64,000 nucleotides of DNA from Selaginella moellendorffii. Lineage: Eukaryota > Plantae > Lycopodiophyta. Shown in pieces: positions 15,292 to 26,255 of this stretch. Both the position numbers and the translations under genes were made by a program. Each line of letters starts with the position of its first letter. Position 1 is the stretch's first letter. The stretch covers positions 1,260,204 to 1,324,203 of the forward strand of contig NW_003314271.1 of the NCBI RefSeq assembly GCF_000143415.4, written 5' to 3'. Below the pieces are notes generated by a model that saw only the letters and a program-made list of their open reading frames with translations, made no database searches and was not told where the DNA came from.

Positions 15292-17391
15292 ATGTGCTAT
15301 GGAGGAAGGCGTCGTTCGGCGCCAGGTAATGAGAGGGAGTGGCGAGTGGAAGCTGGTGACACGATGGCAGGCGATGTGCTGCTGCGGCATTCTTTGGATC
15401 TCTCCGGCAACGCTGCCATTGAGCCTAGATTCCAGGATTTCCTGGCCGGGCTCGCGGCAGCTCAGGAATCGGCTCCATGGAGCTGCCAGGGGGAAATTCG
15501 CAGGACGGCTCCTCCGGATCGCAGCGCAGCTCCAGCGATCCCACTGCGCGATCGTCGGATCGCGGCGGCGGTAGCTCAGCGTCTGGATCGGGGGATTCTT
15601 ACCACTATCAGCCGGCGGCATCGGGTTCATCGGGCTCCCAGCCAGCGGGAGCATCGAATTCCGGCTCTGGATCGCGCTCTGGATCTTACGGGCCAGCCGA
15701 GAACTCTGGATCAGGCTCTGGATTGGGGTATTACCAAGACGCGCAGCTCTCTGGCTCTGGATCAGGGTCTGGTGGAGCTGGCTCTGGGTCAGGGTCTGGT
15801 GGAGCTGGCTCGGGGTCTGGTGGATACTACCAAGGAGTCGACCATTCTGGCTCTGGATCTGGCTCGTCTGGTCGATATTATCAGCCAGCGGAGGGATCCT
15901 CCTCTCCGTCTGGATCTCACCAGGCAGTAGATGCTGGATCTTATGGCTCTGGATCGCATCGACCGGGAGGCTCTAGCTCGGAGCATCACAGCAGCTCCGA
16001 GACCAAGCAGACGAGCTCGTCAAGGACAGGGAGCTCGTCTGTGACTTGGCACGAGACTGTGGATGCTCCAAAGCTTTCGGAGGAGGACGAAGCCAGCCGG
16101 AGGAGCTCGTCCCTCTTTGGCGAGGAGATCTCCAAGTCGACGACGGATTCCAACCGCAGCTCCCTCCGGCGTTTCAAAGAGGGCAGCAAGATGTTTGCCG
16201 GTTTCATCGAGGACGCTGATGGGCTCCAGCCCAGCGATGATATGCTGCCTCCCATGACCTGGGAGGAGAAGTGCGAGATCATCGAGGAGCTTTGCCTGGC
16301 TCTGGAGAAGCGGCTCGACAGGCTCAAGAACGACAAGGATGGTATTTTAGATGGCTTGAAGAACTACTTCGACGTTGCGGAGCACAAATGTGGCATGGCC
16401 AGGAAGGATCGCGTGGAGATGCAAAGGAATGTGATCCAGTTTGCGGAGCTTCTCAATCCTTCGAAGAAGCCTTACTCGGAAGACATGCTCAGGTATCTCT
16501 TTCTTTTCTGGAAGTCTTTATTTGTGAATGGTACTCATGAAACTCATCTACAGGTATCTCAATGGACGAATACTCGATAAAAGGTTGCTCAAGGAGAAGC
16601 TCCAGCAAAGAATCAAGCGACTTGAGAAGATGGTTGCTACAGCAACGGTACAGCTCGAGTCTAAGCTTGATGTCCGGGAGTTACTCCACGATTCGGACTT
16701 TAAGGAGATGAGGAATTTGAATGAAGACCTCGCAAACCAGCTTGATGCGCGTGCTCGTTTGCTTGACAAATCGCGGCATGTGAGTAGGAAGATAGCCCAG
16801 GTATGCTTTCTAATTATGATCACTTGAAGGATGAAAACAAACCATGGTGTTGTTTGTAGGCTGCTAAAGCATTACGCGAAGAAATGGACAGTAAAGCCGT
16901 AGCGAAAGTGTCTATGCGGCAAAGTCTGACAGATCGTTCACCGCTGGTTGGAAAGCTTCAAGACCTTATAACAAGCGAATACAAGGAAAAGGTTTGGAGT
17001 GTCAAATTCTTTCTAGTGCCGCTAACTCTTGGATGTACTTCGTCTTGCCAGGATAGGTTGCATCTGGAGCTTCTCGCGTTTGTCAAGGGTGAGGATTTGA
17101 GGCCTACCGCGATCGAGTACATGAAGATAAAACAGCGCTCCAAGTCTATCCGTAGGGAGCTGTACAACTGGTTAGCAAAGGTTTGTAGCAAAAACCATTT
17201 CGAGGTGTTTCTGTATTCATATTTTCTCGTGTCTCTCAGGTGGAGATCGCAGAAATGAAGCACAACCAGCTGACCAAGAACATTGTAATGCTTGAAACTG
17301 AAACTACTGCCTCGAATTCGGTGAGTTGCCTCCAGCTTTTACGCACTAGAGTTTCTCATGGTCTCGAAACTTTCAGCAGTTTCAAGGATGA
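15292..17391 (+). CDS. CFAP263: CFAP263/CCDC113-like ciliary coiled-coil protein (DUF4201) with a long Gly/Ser/Tyr-rich N-terminal extension
   Basis: The spliced product has MTWEEKCEII, EDMLRYL..KRLLKEKL, ELLHDSDFKEM and PTAIEYMKIK..YNWLAKVEIAEM. These are colinear with recalled CCDC113 motifs (LTADQKLELV, EALHDVDFQQL, PQVMTY..WERKVEIAEM). Start codon uncertain (15292, 15299 or 15477). Confidence 0.72.
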
Positions 17392-18275
17392 GGATTGGCC
17401 TCCACAAGCTTGAAGAGCTCGTCACTGATGCCAAAGCCAATCACTTGCATCATCGCGTTCGTTTTGGCTTGCGGGTTGGCGACACCCCGCGCCTTGAGCC
17501 AGCTATAAACCGTGAAGAGCTTGCTCATCGCAAAGAGTTCCTGCGCCTCCGGATTGTAGACGATGCCAAGCCTCTGGCTCATCTGGTGTGGAACAAGCAT
17601 GGCCGTGTAGCGAGCAAGCTCCCCGCTCCTCCAGTCGAGCACCACCGGCAGCCATGGATACGCAGCATCCAGACGAAGAAACCACAGCCTGAGATCAGGT
17701 AATTCGGACAACTCTCTCGGATCGACAGGATCATCCCTCTCGTAGTTGATGACGAATCCTACTGTCTTTTGCAGCAGCTCGTTTGGATCGCTGGCCGGAT
17801 CCGTGGCGTTGTCTCCTGTTCCACGAATCGAGATCTAAGCTCACCAACTTTAATCTTTCATCTCTCTTACCGATTCGATGCACGTACTTTCTCAGCAGGG
17901 CGTGAGCCGGCGACAAATCCAAGCGACGAACAGTCTCCTTGTCGATGGTGATCTCGAATCGCCCGGGTGTTGGAGGAGGAGCCGGATTTAAATTCGGAGC
18001 TGTGGAGAGATGGACGAAAGGTCACTACTCCAATGCCAGGGAGAAGGATTTGAGCGACAGGAGAGGTACTAACGTTCGTCGTCGTCTTGGAGCGAGAAAT
18101 CATCGAGCTTCCCGGTTGGATTGGACACACAATTTGGAGGAGACGACCATCGGAGCCTTACCCGGGCTTTAGTGGTGTCGCCCAATGCGCCAAATCGATG
18201 CTGGGTTGCTGCTACTGTGGTAGAAATCGAGAATGGTGGCGAGGGAAATCGAGTGGATGCTGGAATAGCAGCCAT
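17382..18275 (-). CDS. CRR6: CHLORORESPIRATORY REDUCTION 6 (DUF1817), NDH assembly factor
   Basis: Transit-peptide-like start; DPRELSELPDLRLWFLRLDAAYPWLPVVLDWRSGELARYTAMLVPHQMS...NPEAQELF. Confidence 0.9.
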
Positions 18276-18496
18276 AGCTCCCCTGTTTTTAGGGTTCTTT
18301 AAAACGGGCTAACTTGGTATCGGGGGCAAATATTCCATTTTTTAAGAATATTCAGTTTAGCATACTGACTTTACATTAACGGTCGATGTATTCCGAATGT
18401 GCGGATTGGAGACGAATCAAACGCAAAGTTCTAGATTCCGGTTCTTGCTTGCAAAGCTGGGATTCTTCATAGAAATCAGGAAGCAAGCAAACAGCT

Positions 18497-20057
18497 ATGG
18501 CGGCTGAGCTCAGGAAGAATGGAGATTGTGTTCTACGATCTGGAGACGAGCATGCCAGAGGGCAAGGAACAGAGCCGAGAGATTCTAGAGTTTGGGGCTG
18601 TGGTATTATCGGCAAAGGGATTAGTAGAGGTGGATTCTTATACCACGCCGGTTCGCCCTTCTGTGATGAACTCTAGAAATGCAGCCGGCACCAGCAGTGG
18701 CGCTCTGAGATTGCTGATCGAGTCTATGAGCTACTGCACGGTAAGCTCGCGATCTTTGTTCTTGAGATTGCTCATGTGAAGGATTTGAGCAAGCAGGGCG
18801 AATTTGGGCGGGGCACAATATCTGCGAATTCGACAATGTTCGGATCGAGGAGGCCTTTGCTAGCATCGGCAGGCCGATGCCTGAAGCTGCTGGCTTCATC
18901 GATACACTCCCGCTTCTGCAGAGAACATTTGGACAAAGAGCTGGAAATCTTAAGGTACATGCTTGCTGCTCAATCTTTCAAGTTGATGATGCCTGTTTGG
19001 TTGAGCAGTTGAGCACACTGGCCGCTTATTTCAGTCTTGGAAAGCAAGAACACAGGTTCCTTCTGTTTTCAATTTTGCTACATGTAGAGTCGAGCTTTGC
19101 TTGTGTTGCTCAGGAGCCTTCCGGATGTCCGGATGAACATTAAGGTGCTTAAGCGGTGCGCGACTGTGCTGCTTCTGGTATTCTAAGATCAAGCTGCTGT
19201 TTGTAGATCTTACTCCATTTATCTGCAGGAATCCAACTTCCCACAGTTATTTCAATCTTCGCCTCAGGCTCCACAGAAGCGTCGGAGGTCCAGCTATGGG
19301 GGTGGTGATGATTTCAGGCTGGTCCCTTTATCATTGGAGGAAGCAATGCCGCAACTCGAAGGTGGCGAAGGTGAAGCAATAGATCCAAAGATGCAAAATG
19401 AAGAACAGGATGTGAAACGTACGCTCAAATTTGAGACAGGAGAAGATCATAACAGGTTCCTTCAGCCTCATGAAGTGTTACTGGAGTCAGTCGGTGCTGT
19501 TTATGGTGGAGGCCCGTCGGTGATTCTCTTCCATGGCTCCGATCGGCTTCGTGTTCAGGCGAACAATTCAAGAGTCATGTTCAGCGTCAGTGACATATAC
19601 GCATTCAGTGAGACTGGAAAGCCAACATTTACGATTGTCATCATCCCCAGCGCGGAGCTACTAGCCATTGTCAAGCACTGTGAAGCTGCTGTGAAGAACA
19701 AGTCCTTATTCGGCATCAATGCAACATGGCAGCCTGCTTTTTTTGTGACAGAGGATGGGCACGAAGCAATTCGAATCAGGTGATTTGCCTTTCAAAACTT
19801 TCTCTTGGAAATATAACAAAGCGAGCATTTGATTGGGCAGAATCGGGACGAACGGTAAGGGAAGCAGCGCAACTTACACGACCAAGCTGTACAGGAACTT
19901 GCAGGAGGTATCACTAGGAAGCGTCGATCCGAAGTCGTTTCGAGAAATCGTACCAGCCGGTTACATAGTGGATGCCGCTATGCGATTCGATGCTTACGCC
20001 TTCGAAAGAGGAAGCGCAGGCCTGAAATTGCTGGCTGAAAAGCTCAACCTGCACTGA
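18497..20057 (+). pseudogene. NEN: NEN-like (NAC45/86-dependent exonuclease) DEDDh exonuclease gene with apparent frameshift(s) in exon 1
   Basis: EIVFYDLET..EILEFGAV; EIADRVYELLH/GRIWAGHNI; FIDTLPLLQRTFGQRAGNLK; YFSLGKQEHRSLPDVRMN. Motif I and EIADRVYELLHG are in different frames. Confidence 0.7.
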
Positions 20058-20373
20058 GTTGTTGTGGCTGCTTCGACTGATTCTGAAGTTTATTCACCAC
20101 CAAGTAAGATTTAACATTATACTCACAACTTGTAAATGTACAACAACGCTGGATCTTCATTGAAGATACTCGCCTTCAACCCTCAACTGGATCCTCGTTC
20201 TAATTCTCCAAGATTGTTCGTCACCAAGAACCCTAAACCAGGCTTACGTGTCCAATACGTAAATCCCATTAACAAAAGTTTTAAATAACATGATTAAAGG
20301 TAACAAAAGGGTTAGCCAAAGATACACTAAAATGCTTGAGAATATGCCATCCCCTACATTGTCGTTTTAGGGC

Positions 20374-21545
20374 ATGGCCGCGAGAGCAAGAGGCTTGGTG
20401 AGTAGAAGAAGACTCTCCTCTCTCTGGCGATCAGATATTTCATCCCACCGTAGTGTGTCCAGTGGCGCGGCAGCGATACAAAGATCATTCACGCGCGTGG
20501 CAATCGATTATCGCGCACCGGCGGCGCTGCGCGCTCCTCCCAGATTCTCATATGGTACTGTGAGCTCTGCTAGGGTTTGCATCAATCGATCGATTTCTAT
20601 CCGTGCAGGCCATCGACGGAGCTTGTTCATCCAGGTCCAGACTACTCCCAATCCCGCATCGCTGATTTTCTCGCCCGGGAAGCCGGTCATGGAGATTGGC
20701 AGCTCGGATTTCCCCAATGCCAGGACGGCCATGAAATCTCCTCTCGCCAAGTCGTTATTTGGCATCGATGGTAAGACAAAGAGTTGGAGCTCTTCGGCAG
20801 CTTTAGATTTTAATTGGATTGATCTGGTCCTGTTGTAGGAGTTACTCGGGTGTTTTTCGGATCGGACTTCGTGACGGTGACGAAGTCGGATGATACGGAG
20901 TGGGACGTGCTCAAGCCGGAGGTCTTTGCAGCGATCATGGATTTTTACGCCTCTGGACAGCCACTCTTCTACTCTGCGCAAGCAGCAGCGCCTAAAGACA
21001 CGGCGATCGAAGAGGTAAATCCTTGTTCCTGCAAGTTCGATTCCTCTCCTCCTCCATTCCTAGTTTTTCTGCGAGTTCCTTCTTTTGGATTACCTTTCTC
21101 CTCTCAGTTTTTGTTCCTGTTCTTACTTTGGCTACTTGGCTTCTAGGGAGACGATGAAACCGTGGTGATGATCAAAGAGCTCCTCGAGACGCGAATACGT
21201 CCAGCAGTCAAGGACGATGGCGGTGACATTGAGTACCGTGGATTCGACAGGTAAAGTTTCTATAGTTTTCTCGAGAAAAATTCAAACCCCTCCTTTCTTC
21301 TCGTCGATCAGGGAGTCCGGGATCGTCGAGCTTAAAATGCAAGGTGCTTGCAGTGGCTGTCCAAGCTCGGCTGTGACGCTTAAGTCTGGAATCGAAAACA
21401 TGCTCATGCATTACGTTCCAGAGGTAAAAATTGGATTTTTAGTTTGTTCCTCGCTTATTATTCTTCTCTACTTCGATGTATGTAGGTGAAGGGGGTGAAA
21501 GAAGTGAAAGACGACGACGAAGAAGAGAAAGCCGAAGGAGCTTAA
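20374..21545 (+). CDS. NFU4: Mitochondrial NifU-like Fe-S cluster carrier (NFU4/5 type)
   Basis: Arg/Ser presequence; [15 protein letters not shown]; [11 protein letters not shown]; [25 protein letters not shown]. Confidence 0.93.
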
Positions 21546-21617
21546 CAAACGAAAGAGCAAAATTTATAGACACAGTTTTGACACTCTGGTAGATGCTGGA
21601 TAAAAAATAAAAAACCG

Positions 21618-21762
21618 TTGTGAAAAAATAACACGATCATAGTGAAAATATCACAAACATTGTTACATTGTGAAAAATAATGCGATCATAGCGATAATTT
21701 CACAAACATTGTTACATTGTGAAAAATAATGCGATCATAGCGATAATTTCACAAACATTGTT
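21618..21762. repeat. Tandem repeat, about 3 x 49-50 bp, each unit with an internal inverted repeat
   Basis: Units start at 21618, 21668 and 21717: TTGTGAAAAATAATGCGATCATAGCGATAATTTCACAAACATTGTTACA. Confidence 0.9.
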
Positions 21763-21771
21763 CTAACTAAA

Positions 21772-21819
21772 ACGTGACGCGTGTGTGCCAAGTGGCTCGT
21801 AGCAGGTCGTCCACGTGCC
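21772..21819 (+). promoter_or_regulatory. ABRE / CE3-like / G-box cluster upstream of the LEA-like gene
   Basis: ACGTGACGCGTGT (~21772-21784) and CCACGTGCC (21811-21819), followed by a TATA-like GCTATAG. Confidence 0.5.
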
Positions 21820-21917
21820 AGGATAGTGCGGCTATAGGGAAGTTTTTCTGGGGAGTTTTTCGCGAAGAAGTGATTGTTTTTGCGGAAGATCAAGCAAAGA
21901 AGAAGGAGGTCGCGGCG

Positions 21918-22410
21918 ATGGCTTTGCGCGTAGCACTTGGCAAGAGTGTCCAGCGAGGAGCACCAGCAACGAGAGCTTTCCAATGGCGATTTTTTTCGGT
22001 AAGCGATAGAGCAAGTTCCACTCGAATTCCACTCCTCTTCTCATGGTTTTGGATTCTTCTCATGGCAGGCAAATCCGGAAACCAATCAGCCCGACACCGA
22101 CCATGAGCACGGCAAGATGATGAGCGAGGGCGGCGGCAGCGTCTCGTCCTTCACCGAGGCCAAGGAGGACGTGAAATCCAAGTCTGGCGGGATGGTGGAG
22201 GGGATCAAGCACCAGGTGGAGGTGGAGAAGAAGAACGCGAGGGAGATGATGGACGAGATGAAGGAGATGCCGAAAAAGGCCGGGGAGACGACCGAGCAGC
22301 TCAAGGAGACGGTGGTGATCGCGGGTCAGGCGCTCAAGAGAGACGCCGAGAGGATCGCCGAGAAGGTTGGAGTCCGGGAGAGAAAACCCGGAGATCTGGA
22401 GAACGAGTAG
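21918..22410 (+). CDS. Small hydrophilic LEA-like protein with a probable mitochondrial presequence, one intron
   Basis: Exon 1 MALRVALGKSVQRGAPATRAFQWRFFS splices in frame to ANPETNQPD...EAKEDVKSK...KKAGETTEQLKE (K/E/A-rich amphipathic). ABREs lie upstream. Confidence 0.65.
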
Positions 22411-22547
22411 AAAAAGAGTTTTTGTGTGAGTAAGAATTGGCTGTAGCATCACCCATAGAAATTTCTGCTTTCACACAAAATCCATTCACAGGCTCAAGAA
22501 CCCTAAACCGCTATAGAAAAAGTATACTTTTTGAATGGTTCCTTCGA

Positions 22548-23149
22548 TTACATTTTTCGAGAGTTAAGTCCGAGCCGGAGCTCCATTGCGTCGTGCATGT
22601 CCACAGCAACGAATCGACTGGAATCGCGAGGATCTGGAAAGACATCGCGAAGAGAGCTGTAAGCAATCTAGACAATCGAGAGAGATCGATCGATATCGAT
22701 CCAAGGGCAAACAAAGTACCATAGATGATGTTCTCAAAGTTGAGCTCGTCCAGTGTTCCAGTGAGGGACTCCAGACCGATCATGGAGGAAGGGATTAGAT
22801 TCCCAGGTCGTTGGCAGCTGCGCAAACACAAACCCATGAGAAAACCAGAGATGAAAGAAGAGATTTTGCGCATTACCGAGAGAGGATCTGGCGATCGAAG
22901 TCCATTCTCAGGGCAAACGCTGAGCCATAGAGGTTCTCGACGATCTTCCGCTTGGTGTCGGCCCCAAATTTCAGCTTCTGGAAGCAAAACCTATCGGTTT
23001 CACGAGCGGCGCGGTGGGAGAGATCTTACCTCCTGGTGAAGCGATTGGACGGGATGGAGCGGCAGCGCATCGCTCTTCAAAGCCGGGAGGCCGTGGCGCA
23101 GCGTGTCGTGGTGGCCGAGGACGTCGTGCGGCAGCTCCGAGTTCTCCAT
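22548..23149 (-). CDS. UMP1: Proteasome maturation factor UMP1 (4 exons)
   Basis: Manual splicing gives MENSELPHDVLGHHDTLRHGLPALKSDALPLHPVQSLHQE/KLKFGADTKRKIVENLYGSAFALRMDFDRQILSR/CQRPGNLIPSSMIGLESLTGTLDELNFENIIY/DPRDSSRFVAVDMHDAMELRLGLNSRKM*. Confidence 0.92.
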
Positions 23150-23409
23150 GGCGAAAGAATGAACAAGAACCCTAAAATCGCAAATATTCCTAGGTGGGAT
23201 AGCTCCGAGGTTCGAGTCCGGCCAAGCGCCTGGGCGGCACGGTCCTCCGATGGATGGAGCTCCGATCTCTCAGCGATCGCTCATGGATCCAGCGAGCTGA
23301 GAATGCGCGCAGCAGTTCCAGGTCTGTATCGATCGGATCGGAGCTATAGCAGCGCCAAATTTCCAGAGCGAGAGGTCCCGCGGACATAGGGTTTTCGCGA
23401 TCGCTGGCC

Positions 23410-26198
23410 ATGGCCGCCGCGGCTAGCGAGATCGAGCCGGCTCCATCGGATCGAAATATTTCACGGCAGAATTCGGCGCCGCAGCTGCCAGTGTCCACAT
23501 CGTCGTCCAGCGCCGATCAGCGGTGGCAGTCGTTCAATGGCGCATCAGCAGCTCCAGCTCCAGGAAATCCTCCTCCTCCGGGGCCATATTCCGGGCCTCC
23601 GGGAGCTCCACTCTTCAAGCCTGCGATCCCTTTCTCGCCGCCTCCGCCGCCACCCTTCGCCGCGCAATTCCCACAGCGCCCGCCGCCGCCGCCGGACATC
23701 GCCGCGAGTTCGCCACGGCACGGGATGAGCCAGCCATTCTCGGAGATTCCCATCAGTCCTTCCTCCGGCCCTCCGGGATTGATGAACGGGCAGGGAGAAG
23801 ATCGCACCAAGATCTCTCCAGAGGACTATGCCACGACCTTTGTCATGTTTACATCCCGAGTGGTACGTTCGTAAAGTTTGTTCTGCTTTTCATCACTCTT
23901 GTAAAAACTTTGTGAACTTTTCTTTCACGTAGATCTTGAGCGAGAAGAAGCTCCTGAATGCAACAAGCTTGGCGTTTGGAGCTCTGCTATCGCCAGGAAG
24001 AGAGATCGACCCGTCACCTCCAGCCATCCAGAGAGATCCTTCACGCTGCGAGAAGTGTGGTGCGTACCCGAATCTATACTCTCGGCTCACTCCAGTCTCG
24101 GGGCAGTGGCAATGCATGCTTTGCCAGAAGATCAACAGCAGCAATGGGGAGTACAGGCCCGCCGGCGCCAACGATTTGCATAACTGGCCAGAGCTCGTGT
24201 CCCCCGTCGTGGACTTCATGGATGCTGGATCATGGAGGCCGGGATTTGTTCCAGTGGCGGACTCGACAGTGGCAGCCGCTCCAGTGGTACTGGTTATAGA
24301 CGAGAGCCTGGAAGAACCTCTACTCCAACACTTACAGAGCTCTCTACACTCGTTCCTGGATTCCTTGGGACCATCAACTCGGATAGGCATCATCACTTAC
24401 GGGAAGACGGTCTCCATCTATGATCTCTCCGAGACTGCGCTCGCAGCGGCGGATGTTATACCGGGGGATGTAGCTCCTAGCCAGGAGCTGCTCAAGATGC
24501 TGATATACGGGACAGGGATTTATCTCACGCCTATTCATACTTGTCTGGGAGTCGCTCATACGATCGTCTCATCTCTGAGGCCTTACTCCGGGAACTTGAG
24601 AGAAGCAGCGAGACCGCGGTGCCTGGGAACAGCCGTGGACGTTGCTCTCGCGCTTATACAGGGTCCATCGACGCAGATAATGGCAAAGCGATCGAGTGGT
24701 AACAGCCATGTCTTGGTCTGCGCGGCAGGCCCGAATACTCTCGGTCCGGGATCTCTTCCACAGTTTGAGAACCATCCAAACTATGCTTATATCGAGGCGA
24801 ACTCTATCAAGTATATGGAGCGTTTGGGACGCAAGGCCAGACTTTCAGACACAGCCGTGGACGTCCTGTGCGCTGGGACGTGTCCCGTGAGAGCGGTGAC
24901 TTTGGAGCCGCTGGTGAAAGCTTCCGGGGGTGTGATGGTGCTCCACGACGACTTTGGGGAGGCTTTCGGCCTCAATCTCCAGAGATCGTTTACAAGAGCC
25001 GGGGGACTTCGCGCGACTCTGGAAGTTCGATGCAGCGAAGGGATTGGAGTTAGCAGTGTTATCGGGCCGGGACAGGACGCCAGCTCCGACGCGGCCGAGT
25101 CTTTTGGAAGAGAGCCCGCGGTGGCACTGCGCATGATGAGCGTGGAAGAACACCAAGGATTTGCCCTGTCAATGCAGCTGACAAGCAACTTCCACGACGA
25201 TTATGCGTACTTCCAGTTCGTGGTCCGCTACACGGGCACCTTCCAAGCTCGGATAACGAGAGTCATCACAGTGCGGCTGCCGGTCACGACTAGCGTTTCC
25301 AAGTACCTCACAGGAATTAATCCGGAGGCCGCAGCGGTCCTGATCGCCAAGAGGACAGCCTTGGAAGCCAAGAGCATGGCGGACGCGGCAGAGCTGCGCT
25401 TCTCAGTCGACCAGAGACTGAAAGATATACGCTCCAGGTTTGGACCAAGGGCCGGGGCACCGCCATTCCCCAGGGAGATTACAAAGCTGGCCGAGGCGCT
25501 GTTCCACTTGCGTCGTGGTCCACTGCTTGGAAGCATTGTCGGCCACGAAGACGAGCGACTGGTGATCAGGAACATCTTCCTCCAAGCTTCGTATGAGCTT
25601 GCACTGAGGATGGTGCTGCCGCGAGTGTATCTGTTCCACGACAATGGCTCGTTCGAGGCTGTCCCGGCTTATAACTTGGCGATGCAGTCCCAGACGGCAC
25701 TGATCTTAGATCACGGTACCGACGTTCATATCTGGCTGGTAAGTAACGCTCGATCTTTCGCAAGTGAAAACGTTCTTTCTTTTATCCAGGGACATGAGCT
25801 TTGTCAAGATGAGAAGCGAAATGTGGTGGCCTTCTCGGCTTGCAAGGAATTCGTCCGGGAGATCACGGAGACTCGATTTCCTGTGCCGAGGATGCTTACT
25901 TTCAAGGTGGTCTAAACTTTTTGTTTCACTTATGAAGTTTTGTTTTGAACACTCAGGAGGGAAGCTCACAGGCAAGATACTTGCAGGCGAGATTAATTCC
26001 CGCTCACGACGATCCGCCATACGAACAGGTCCGTTGTTTTGTCCTACGTTTTGATACTATCGAGCTCTTGCATTCCAGGAGTCTAGATTTCCACAATTGC
26101 GGGAGTTGACACAGGAGCAACGCGCGAGGTTGAAGGTGAAATTCGTCAAGACGGACGAGCCAAGCTTGACCGTCTGGATGAAAAGTCTCAAGCTGTGA
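23410..26198 (+). CDS. SEC23: COPII coat SEC23-family protein with Pro-rich N-terminus (SEC23A-like)
   Basis: Zinc finger RCEKCGAYPN..WQCMLC; trunk VVLVIDESL, RCLGTAV; gelsolin-like ILDHGTDVHIW; RFPVPR, GSSQARYL, TDEPSL. Confidence 0.92.
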
Positions 26199-26255
26199 TT
26201 CATCGAAGAATAAAGACTATCAATTTTTCCACACCTTTGCATTGATTGTGCCTCC

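Noticed and set aside
21618-21762. CRISPR-like palindromic repeats
   Set aside because: Units are contiguous with no unique spacers, there are no cas genes, and the context is eukaryotic.
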